Origin: Promethearchaeota archaeon
GTDB lineage: Archaea > Asgardarchaeota > Hermodarchaeia > Hermodarchaeales > Hermodarchaeaceae
Direction of reading: 5' to 3'
Length of the DNA stretch: 64,000 nucleotides
Assembly (NCBI GenBank): GCA_048938385.1
Contig: JBHLMG010000001.1
Coordinates: 224,001 to 288,000, forward strand
In this document: piece by piece, positions 37,807 through 45,582 of the stretch
How the letters are laid out: every line of letters begins with the position of its first letter
Numbering within the stretch: the stretch's first letter is position 1
Made by a program: the position numbers and the translations under genes
Notes under the pieces: model-generated
Database searches by the model: none
Seen by the model: only the letters and a program-made list of their open reading frames with translations
Told to the model about the DNA's origin: nothing

Positions 37807-37962
37807 TGGTGCCGGGACAGGGATTCGAACCCCGACCTAAAGCTTTCCGTATCCCAATTACAATGGGATTCCACAGGCTTCAATGCTGCCATTGCGCCTG
37901 GGCGTACATTACCAGTTTACACCATCGGGAGCCAATCAATTCTTGATCGGCCTTATCCCGGC
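37807..37962 (-). tRNA. tRNA-His(GUG) with three introns (8/9: 37954-37924; 15/16: 37916-37892; 37/38: 37870-37845), encoded CCA
   Basis: Removing 31+25+26 nt gives a 74-nt cloverleaf GCCGGGA UG GUGU AAUGGCA GCAU U GAAGC CUGUGGA GCUUU AGGU CGGGG UUCGAAU CCCUG UCCCGGC ACCA; each junction forms a BHB-type motif. Confidence 0.9.
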
Positions 37963-38144
37963 ACGGTGACCCGGCACGAGGGATTGTTGAGACGAACTCT
38001 TCCACAAAAACCTTTCCTATCTTTCCCTTCAAGTCAACCGTTGTAGGACTTTCTAGTACGGTGCTTGTTGCTGCTGAGGTGGGTGAAAACAGCGAAGCGG
38101 GTTCTGCTTCATCGATATTGAAACGATGACCCTGTCAGGCAAGG

Positions 38145-38453
38145 CTAAGCGATATCAATATTGTCGGAGGGAAATCCTAAATCACCAAGAATCCCTTTGA
38201 TGTTGTGCCGATGATCGCCCTGAAGGACGATGATTCCTTCTTTAGCGCTACCACCACATGCGCACTTCATTTTGAGCTTCGTGACAAGCTCTGAAAGCGA
38301 GATGTCTCGGCTGTTAATACCTTCAATTAGGGTGACTTCCCGCCCCCATTTCCTCCGCTCGACACTTACTTTAATTCGTTGCTCTGTCTTCGCCAATTCC
38401 TGGCAGCGACAAATATCTTTGGGCAAACTGCAAATAGGGCAAATTTCTGACAT
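38145..38453 (-). CDS. Translation initiation factor aIF1/SUI1
   Basis: CPIC.LP...C.C, RKWGREVT, LK..CACGG, LQGDH. Confidence 0.95.
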   Translation of the reverse strand: MSEICPICSLPKDICRCQELAKTEQRIKVSVERRKWGREVTLIEGINSRDISLSELVTKLKMKCACGGSAKEGIIVLQGDHRHNIKGILGDLGFPSDNIDIA

Positions 38454-38563
38454 TATACGCCTCGTTAAGTTCTATGTTAGGGGTTATCCAATTATAACCT
38501 TATAAAATCTTATGCAAAACCGGTTCTGTACTGTTTAATAGTATTTCTGTGCGAGTAGAATGT

Positions 38564-38770
38564 TTAGCGTGCCGTGAGCTTTTTGATAATTTGAGGGCGT
38601 TCCTTATACATTATTCTGGCGCCACAAAACGGGCATTTACTAGACGGTAAAGTTGTAGCAAAAGGTTTGCCACAATGTGGACAGCGATTGCTAGGGGGCA
38701 TGGAAGGAACAGGAGTTTGGCAATAGGGACATGAAAGTGTTTTTCCGCATTTCGCGCATCGGAATGTCAT
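38564..38770 (-). CDS. rpoP: RNA polymerase subunit Rpo12 (RpoP) with inserted second Zn finger
   Basis: FRCAKCG ... KCPFCGARIMYKERP...KKLTAR is the RpoP pattern; extra CPYC..CPHC inside. Confidence 0.8.
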   Translation of the reverse strand: MTFRCAKCGKTLSCPYCQTPVPSMPPSNRCPHCGKPFATTLPSSKCPFCGARIMYKERPQIIKKLTAR

Positions 38771-38848
38771 TAAGGGCACCTAAAACGTGATTCTGTATGT
38801 AACGGCATCGCGTGTCGGTTAATAAGTGTTGCTCAGTTATAGCACGCC

Positions 38849-38956
38849 TTAAGGGGTTAGAGGAAGGCTCAGGAGGAGAATGCTCACGACAACACTGCCA
38901 ATTATCAGGAATAGGAGAATTATGGCAAACAACATACTTTGACTCTTTTTCTTCAA
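38849..38956 (-). CDS. 35-aa single-TM microprotein MKKKSQSMLFAIILLFLIIGSVVVSILLLSLPLTP
   Basis: Not in track; TTG start 6 nt after GGTGA, right after the Get3 stop; basic N-terminus plus about 22-aa hydrophobic stretch. Confidence 0.65.
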   Translation of the reverse strand: MKKKSQSMLFAIILLFLIIGSVVVSILLLSLPLTP

Positions 38957-38958
38957 TC

Positions 38959-39936
38959 TCAATCACCTTGAGGGAGTGAACCGGTGCCAAGTAATTGGGA
39001 TAGCTGGCTCAGGGAGGAAATACCACGAATTTCGTTAGGAAACAAAGGAACTTCAGTGATGGTGAAATCATCATAGGTATCATGAATTTGGGTAAGGTAT
39101 TGCTGTTGCATGGTTTTTCGGGCTCGACAAAAACTACAATCTGGAATATCTGGAAAAAGCATGTTGACAATGATGTGACTGCTTGGGATTTCAAACTCAT
39201 AAAGAGCTTGTAAAAGTCTTTCAGTTTCAGCTACTGCCATGGCTTCAGGGATCATAACAATGACAAAGCTTGTTCGTGAAGGATTACTTAGTTCCGTTCG
39301 TGACATGGAAATATTCTTTTTGAGTTGTTCAAGCTGTTCAAGCGATTTATCTTCCTCAGAGTCTCCACGACCAAAGACGGATTTCAAGCGTCCGAAGATT
39401 TTACTAAATCTCAATCGGAGTTTGATGATTTTTCCAAAAAAACTATCCAGCATTTCTGGAAGCCCTAGTAACCTAAGTGTATGTCCTGTGGGTGCAGTGT
39501 CGAAGATCACCAAATCATACTCGCATTCCTGAATGAATTCAAGAACTTTAGAGAATGCTAAGGCCTCATCAGCTCCTGGGGCATTCATATCCATAAGATC
39601 GTCAAAGCCCATCATTCCCCCCATTGGACCCAGGTCAACTGGTTCTGATTGCCGTGTTACTTCTTTATACTCTTCAAAGGCTTTCTGTGGATTTATCTCC
39701 ATTCCATAGAGATTCCTTACTCCCTTGATAGGAATTACTTCGCCTCCGCTAAGGTTCTGATCGAAACTGTCACTCAAACTATGCGCTGGATCCGTACTGA
39801 TGACCAGCGTTTCACGTCCATGTTCTGCTGTCCATAATGCTGAGGCAGCAGCACTACTTGTTTTACCTACACCACCTTTCCCGCCAAAAAGAAGGAACCG
39901 TAATGACTCTTTGTCAAGCAATTCACTGAGGGTCAT
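38959..39936 (-). CDS. Get3/TRC40-type ArsA-family ATPase
   Basis: GGKGGVGKT, STDPAHSLSD, DTAPTGH; single domain, Met-rich groove, TRC40-type insert, C-terminal CSFC. Confidence 0.88.
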   Translation of the reverse strand: MTLSELLDKESLRFLLFGGKGGVGKTSSAAASALWTAEHGRETLVISTDPAHSLSDSFDQNLSGGEVIPIKGVRNLYGMEINPQKAFEEYKEVTRQSEPVDLGPMGGMMGFDDLMDMNAPGADEALAFSKVLEFIQECEYDLVIFDTAPTGHTLRLLGLPEMLDSFFGKIIKLRLRFSKIFGRLKSVFGRGDSEEDKSLEQLEQLKKNISMSRTELSNPSRTSFVIVMIPEAMAVAETERLLQALYEFEIPSSHIIVNMLFPDIPDCSFCRARKTMQQQYLTQIHDTYDDFTITEVPLFPNEIRGISSLSQLSQLLGTGSLPQGD

Positions 39937-40001
39937 ACTTTACGAATCTCCATATATTGATTCGATAAGTAAATGATACTTATCTAATTACCTCGTTATT
40001 A

Positions 40002-40364
40002 TCAGGGAATGGAAGGCACTAAAAGTGTGCCCACCATATACATCGTGTAGAAGGTAACCACAAAAACTGCTACAAGCGTCACAACACCGATAACGAGTTT
40101 TGAATATCGCATTCGCATTAATCCACCGATGAGACCAACGAACATGAGAACAAGAATAGCAAGAAATGTGGCGACTGCATCCCATGTTGGTATAAAGATA
40201 ATAACATCAATTAAGATCGTCCAAGGGTAGAATCCATAGCTTCGTCCCAGCAATAAATACCCCAAAGCTCCACCAAAGATGATGAATAAAATCGTAGCTA
40301 GGGGGTCAAGGGGTTCATGCTCTTCGGGTCGGTCATCTAGACTCGCTTCATTTATCATATCCAT
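40002..40364 (-). CDS. Small membrane protein (3-4 TM)
   Basis: Acidic N-terminus then hydrophobic helices; GGAGA before the ATG. Confidence 0.65.
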   Translation of the reverse strand: MDMINEASLDDRPEEHEPLDPLATILFIIFGGALGYLLLGRSYGFYPWTILIDVIIFIPTWDAVATFLAILVLMFVGLIGGLMRMRYSKLVIGVVTLVAVFVVTFYTMYMVGTLLVPSIP

Positions 40365-40371
40365 GATCGGA

Positions 40372-41085
40372 CTATTCTCCAAGGGATTTGTATATTACCA
40401 GGCAGATAGGTACATTTGCAGTTGCCCAGTTTTGATACTTTCCCTCGTACTTCAAACCGTAATCGCGTTGCCCTTGGTTTCCAAGAATAAAGAAGAGCGT
40501 TTGGTGTCGAGCTTGTTTATAAAATCCTAACAACCAGCGATCTGTGCGATGGAGTAGTTTTTGACCTAGTTCTAAAGGAGGACGACTAGTGTGTTCTCGG
40601 TATAAAGTATCAAAATCAAGAAAGTGGATGTTGAGAACATCAGAGCGGTTCAGAAGTTTTGCTGTTTCAATATAAGTGCGCATATCCGTGTCAGCGGCTC
40701 GGAAGGTCGCTGACCCCGCTGTTGTTTGTTGGTCTTCGCGATCGACCACAACGACGGTTTTTCCTTGCTGGACTAAATGGGAGAAAAGATGAAACCCATC
40801 TTGTAAGTTTCCGTGTGTGAGTTCCTTAATGACATTGGCTGTATAACCATTGGGGGTTTCCAGTGTGAGAATCGTCTGTGCTTCTTTGAGAAGAAATTTT
40901 GGTTTATGAAGCACGACCTCTAATAATCCGAAATTATCGAGATTTACTATTACAATTCGTTCAGCTGGGTAGCCTAATGATAGATCGATTTTAGGGCTTA
41001 AATTAGAAGGTGTTCCTACACCTAATTGTGAAAGAATGGTTGCTGGCATTTGCACCAATTTACCTTCTATAGTATCAAATGTCAC
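40372..41085 (-). CDS. Degenerate alkaline-phosphatase-superfamily protein
   Basis: IVIVNLDNFG, HFLDFDTLYREH, FFILGNQG align with LDG / D..GH / DHG motifs. Confidence 0.55.
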   Translation of the reverse strand: MTFDTIEGKLVQMPATILSQLGVGTPSNLSPKIDLSLGYPAERIVIVNLDNFGLLEVVLHKPKFLLKEAQTILTLETPNGYTANVIKELTHGNLQDGFHLFSHLVQQGKTVVVVDREDQQTTAGSATFRAADTDMRTYIETAKLLNRSDVLNIHFLDFDTLYREHTSRPPLELGQKLLHRTDRWLLGFYKQARHQTLFFILGNQGQRDYGLKYEGKYQNWATANVPICLVIYKSLGE

Positions 41086-41175
41086 TCATTTCCCGCCAAA
41101 CGAATAAAACATCTCGAAAATACCTAAAGAAGTTTTTTCGACTAGTTCCATGGACCATTTATTTCTGCGATTCCC

Positions 41176-42363
41176 TCAAACGAAGACCAATACGATATAA
41201 AATACAAAGACTTGCATCAGCAGAATCATTGCACCTTCAAATATATCGACCTTCTTATCATCGGTCATGGCTTGTTTGAGGAACCACAGTGAACCGGCCG
41301 CTGTGGCAAATTGAAGGAGGACAGCAGCATCAAGAGGAAGTGGGAGGAAAATTGAGACACCACCAACTATAAGCAGAAGGACCTGTGTGGTTCCGCCCAA
41401 GGTATTACCAATGGCAATGTTTGCTTTCTTTTTAGTAGCTGCAACGATGGCAATACCATGCTCTGGGAGTGCCCCAGCCGCACCGATAATGAGGGCCATG
41501 ACAACAATACGTTGAACTTCTTGGATTCCAATGCTGGTCCAGGGTATAAATTCAAAGGTTAATTCTACTACATTTGTCAGCAAGTGACCTGCAATGAAGA
41601 TGCCAACAAATCCTAGCGCCGCTAGAATAATAGAGGTGGATTTTCGGTGTTTTGGTTCAGGTCTTATCCGTTTGGTAGTAGGTTTCTTCTTGAGCGCATA
41701 TATTGCATAGAGAGTGTAAGAAGTAACCATTAAGAGGCCTGCAAACCAAGGGAGATAAATGAGAGTGGGGGTCAGGCCATTAATTAGTTGGTGAATGTAG
41801 TGGAGAATTCCAAAAGCGAGAATTAGTGCCATTGCAACGATTGTCCACCGTATCAAATCTGCATCGTCTTCTACAACTTCTCGAGGGACATCGGTGAAAC
41901 CAGTCTTCCGTGCCGAGATTACCACTACACAACCGAGAAGAAGAATGTTGAATCCTGCCGCCATCACCACACTAAGAACTGCGATTTCTACCAGTTCTGG
42001 ATTTGCAAAAACAAGCCCTCTCCATGCCGTGAGAGCACTGACGACTGCTTCGGGAGTATTTGATGCCAGGGAGGAGAGGACACCGATAAAATAGGCGCTG
42101 AGGCCAGCAAAGGCGCCAAGGGATTCGAGTCCATCAATAGCTAAATGAGAGGCCCGAAAGGTTAGCCATAAAGCGAAGGCCATGGTTGCTACAATGACCA
42201 ATAGTGGATTCGGATACAACAACAGCACAAGAATGTAGAAAACAAAGAGAGCAATGGCTAGCGTCTTTTCGAATCGACTAATATGGAAGGCTGTGTGAAC
42301 TTCAACAACACTAGAAAGAAGATGGGGATCTTCCTGTTCTACTGTTTCTGGCATTATGGACAC
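41176..42363 (-). CDS. CaCA family cation (Ca2+) antiporter
   Basis: alpha repeats SNTPE and GALPEH, GNTLGG; about 11 TM. Confidence 0.85.
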   Translation of the reverse strand: MSIMPETVEQEDPHLLSSVVEVHTAFHISRFEKTLAIALFVFYILVLLLYPNPLLVIVATMAFALWLTFRASHLAIDGLESLGAFAGLSAYFIGVLSSLASNTPEAVVSALTAWRGLVFANPELVEIAVLSVVMAAGFNILLLGCVVVISARKTGFTDVPREVVEDDADLIRWTIVAMALILAFGILHYIHQLINGLTPTLIYLPWFAGLLMVTSYTLYAIYALKKKPTTKRIRPEPKHRKSTSIILAALGFVGIFIAGHLLTNVVELTFEFIPWTSIGIQEVQRIVVMALIIGAAGALPEHGIAIVAATKKKANIAIGNTLGGTTQVLLLIVGGVSIFLPLPLDAAVLLQFATAAGSLWFLKQAMTDDKKVDIFEGAMILLMQVFVFYIVLVFV

Positions 42364-42441
42364 TCCATTATTGAAGGTGCAATTTTATCGATTCTAATCA
42401 TTAAGGTTTTGGGCACATCGATTCCTTTCATTTATGTTTGG

Positions 42442-42924
42442 CTACACTTTGATCGCCATCAATTGAGCATTTTCGCCATTGCGGTAATAGGAAGAAAGGG
42501 TTCGAATTCGTTGAAACCCCAGTTTCTCATAAAGTTTAATGGCTGCAAGATTAGTGACGCGGACCTCTAGAATTACTTCTCGGGCTTTGTACTCAGTTGT
42601 CATGGCTCTTATTGATTGTTGAATCAGCTCTGTTGCGAGACCTTGCCGACGAAAATCTGGGAGAACGGCAACGCTGACTATGTGACCCCGCCGAACCCAT
42701 CGTAACCCAAAATTCGATACACCTCCTTCCATTCGGCACATTATATACCCAATCAGTTTACCTTCAGTTTCGACTACAAAAAACGCGTTAGAATATCGCT
42801 CATAAATTTCGAGAAAGAAATGTTCAGGGTAATTCTCTGGAAGGGTATCTAGGTTAATCTGCACAATCTCTGGAATATCATTAGGTTCCGCTCGTCTAAT
42901 AACATAGCCTTGGAGTTCTGTCAA
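42442..42924 (-). CDS. Ard1/Naa10-like N-terminal acetyltransferase
   Basis: LPENY, GYIMCR, GHIVSVAV..RRQGLA, LEVR..N, YYRNGE. Confidence 0.92.
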   Translation of the reverse strand: MTELQGYVIRRAEPNDIPEIVQINLDTLPENYPEHFFLEIYERYSNAFFVVETEGKLIGYIMCRMEGGVSNFGLRWVRRGHIVSVAVLPDFRRQGLATELIQQSIRAMTTEYKAREVILEVRVTNLAAIKLYEKLGFQRIRTLSSYYRNGENAQLMAIKV

Positions 42925-43041
42925 GGAAATCAGCTTCTAGAGTCCTTACTATAGGAGAATTAAAAGTTAACCACATGACTATTTGGAAACCTTTATGTGG
43001 TTAGATTCTCTGGCGTGCATATAAGATGACGGTGAGAATCT

Positions 43042-44235
43042 TTGTCAATTGGAGAAGAACCTAATCCTGAAGAGACAGAAGCGGTGTATGTGCCTGATAC
43101 ATATTTGTTAGAACTTCGGGATATTGTAAAGGAAGAGTTCACAGTCAAGTACGCGTACATCGATGGGCGTGATAACTTTCCGGTTTTTATTATTGAAGAA
43201 GATTCAGCTATTAAGGAACGGTCGACTAAACTCTCTGAACGCTTACGCCCTCATAATCTCCTTGCGGTAATTCGGCAGGTTGAACTGTTTGAAGGAACTG
43301 GAGAAAAAAACACTGTAATTAAGCTAGTCCCCGCTCCTCCTCCTCGGACAGCCAGCAATTATAGGATGAACATCATCTTATTCGCCATCACTGTTGTAAC
43401 GGTGCTGGTTGCAGGTTGGTTCTTCGCTACTAATCCTGCTCTTGATTATATTTACAACAGCATCTTCGGTATTCCTTACAATCCTTACATTGTGATGGTC
43501 CAATATTCTATAGCGATCTTAGCTATCATTGGACTTCATGAATTGGGTCATTATGGCATAAGTCGGTTCCATAGAATCGAAGCTTCCTTGCCTTACTTCA
43601 TTCCAGGAATCTATTATGGCACCTTCGGTGCTCTAATCGTGCAACGGTCTCCACCTCCAAATCGGGATAGTCTTTTTGATATGGGGATTAGTGGACCGTT
43701 AGTTGGCTTTGCAGTTGCAATTGTAGTTGTCATTGTGGGGCTTTGGTTAAGTCCAGTGTTAAGTCCGACTGAATATGCTTCTCTTGTGGCCTACCTTGAA
43801 ACCATACCGGGAATCACGGCTCCATCTTGGCTTCCCACCCCGCTTCTCTTTGATATCATCTGGAGTTTTATGACTGTCGGTATTCCACTCAATTATACCG
43901 CTTATATTCATCCCGTGGCCTTCGCTGGGTGGGTAGGCTTTCTAATTACTGCTATCAACTACTTCCCAATCGGTCAATTAGATGGAGGACATGTCTCTCG
44001 TTCACTTATCGGTGCAAGATACCATCAACTCATCTCATATGCTGCTGTGTTCATTCTCTTCATCTTACAATACTGGTGGATGGCGCTCATTGCCTTTTTC
44101 CTCTTCTCTGGAAGGCATCCTGGTCCTGTTGATGATGTCTCACCTGTAAGCTCTTGGCGAAGAGTTGTTGGCGCGCTCTCATACCTGATGCCAGTATTAC
44201 TGTTACCTCCGCTTGTTGGAGGGTTCTTTTTCTAG
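43042..44235 (+). CDS. Site-2 protease (M50)
   Basis: HELGH, GTFGA, SGP, NYFPIGQLDGG. Confidence 0.93.
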   Translation: MSIGEEPNPEETEAVYVPDTYLLELRDIVKEEFTVKYAYIDGRDNFPVFIIEEDSAIKERSTKLSERLRPHNLLAVIRQVELFEGTGEKNTVIKLVPAPPPRTASNYRMNIILFAITVVTVLVAGWFFATNPALDYIYNSIFGIPYNPYIVMVQYSIAILAIIGLHELGHYGISRFHRIEASLPYFIPGIYYGTFGALIVQRSPPPNRDSLFDMGISGPLVGFAVAIVVVIVGLWLSPVLSPTEYASLVAYLETIPGITAPSWLPTPLLFDIIWSFMTVGIPLNYTAYIHPVAFAGWVGFLITAINYFPIGQLDGGHVSRSLIGARYHQLISYAAVFILFILQYWWMALIAFFLFSGRHPGPVDDVSPVSSWRRVVGALSYLMPVLLLPPLVGGFFF

Positions 44236-44254
44236 CCCTCCGAATTCGAAGAAG

Positions 44255-45523
44255 CTAGGTTGCAGATGGAAGAACATCAGTGCCATGGGGCATAGCCCAC
44301 ACTCTAGCATCATGACCAACTTGTGCAAAGGCGGCTTGCAAAGCTGCATCAACCGATTTGAATGGAGTGACATAGTAGTATTTTTTCAACTCGTCTGCGT
44401 TAAGGCTTGAAACGAGGTATTGGTGCACGCGTTGTGCTCCTTGGGCCATGTAGAAGATTTTGTGACCACCCATGATAAAATTAGTCTGAATTTGGTGCGA
44501 GAGTTCACCGAACGAACGATAGTTGTGTGCCCACTCTTCGAAAACCTTGTGACCAATACCTTCTCGGCATTCGAGAAGGGCAATAACGACTCCACCATCG
44601 CGCACAGCTCCAAGGGCATGGACCATTGCCTTCGTTCCTTGGTACAAATTGATATCCTTCGGGTAACCGCAACTGGTAATAACGATGTCAGCTTTTTCTC
44701 GAATTGGGACACGACCTAATCCATCAGCAAGTTTTACCCCTTCAAGAAATGCCTGTTCAAAATCCCCAGCAAAAGCTGAAACAATTTCTTTTTGTGAATT
44801 TCGTACAAAATTCACGATAAAGTCAACGCCAGAGAGTTTTGCCGCTTCAACCATATCAAGGTGGACGGGGTTGCCATCGAGGTTTCCTGTGGTGGCCTTC
44901 GGATGGGTGAGCATTCCATGATTTGAATTTATTGTTTTTCGTCCACACACAGCAGGTAGAACGCTCTTTCTGCCACCACCAAATCCAGCGTAATAATGGT
45001 AACCGATATCGCCGGTTAGGAGATGGAGATCAGTCTCTTGGAATATACGGTTGATTTCGAGCTCAGTTCCAAAAGATGTGGTTCCTACCCTGACTAAATC
45101 GTTAGCATCACAATTATGAACCTCAATTTGATGACTTTGACAGGCGACATCACAGAGAAGTTGTTGCTGCTCTTCTAGAGTGGTTGCTCGGTGCGTCCCT
45201 GTTCCAAAAATTATGGTAATATCTTTCTCTTTTATCCCAGCCTTACTTAATTGGTCGATGAGTGGATTTAGGAGAATGTGACAAGGCAATCCTCGGGTGT
45301 GGTCATCAACGACAATTGCTGCAGTCTGTCCCGCACTAGCAATGTCTGATAGAGGTGAAGATCCAATGGGATTCAAGATAGCCTCAAGGACAGTCTTATC
45401 CGGGTTGATTGTACCCTTAACAGGCTTAGCATCTAAAATCCCAAGCAAATTTCGATCAGGAATTTCAAGTTTTACATGTTCTGATCCGTATAAGAAATTA
45501 ACATTGGTCACTGGATTCACCAT
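44255..45523 (-). CDS. LarA-family nickel-pincer racemase/epimerase
   Basis: DDHTR, GTGTHR, HYYAGFGGGRKS, NH, GYPKDINLYQ, GGHK. Confidence 0.9.
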   Translation of the reverse strand: MVNPVTNVNFLYGSEHVKLEIPDRNLLGILDAKPVKGTINPDKTVLEAILNPIGSSPLSDIASAGQTAAIVVDDHTRGLPCHILLNPLIDQLSKAGIKEKDITIIFGTGTHRATTLEEQQQLLCDVACQSHQIEVHNCDANDLVRVGTTSFGTELEINRIFQETDLHLLTGDIGYHYYAGFGGGRKSVLPAVCGRKTINSNHGMLTHPKATTGNLDGNPVHLDMVEAAKLSGVDFIVNFVRNSQKEIVSAFAGDFEQAFLEGVKLADGLGRVPIREKADIVITSCGYPKDINLYQGTKAMVHALGAVRDGGVVIALLECREGIGHKVFEEWAHNYRSFGELSHQIQTNFIMGGHKIFYMAQGAQRVHQYLVSSLNADELKKYYYVTPFKSVDAALQAAFAQVGHDARVWAMPHGTDVLPSAT

Positions 45524-45582
45524 AAGATGAATGCTATAGAAATGATTCGTTACGGTACAAAAGAATTCTGTAATTGCAGCAT

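Noticed and set aside
37755-37892. N-terminal extension of hisS in the ORF track
   Set aside because: It overlaps the tRNA-His gene; HisRS homology begins at MKRGK...GFRDY
38691-38990. 99-aa track ORF downstream of get3
   Set aside because: It overlaps both get3 and rpoP; another frame gives a more plausible 35-aa TM protein with an RBS
38959-39936. Arsenite-pump ArsA assignment
   Set aside because: Single domain, no arsB/C/D/R neighbours, Get3-type features
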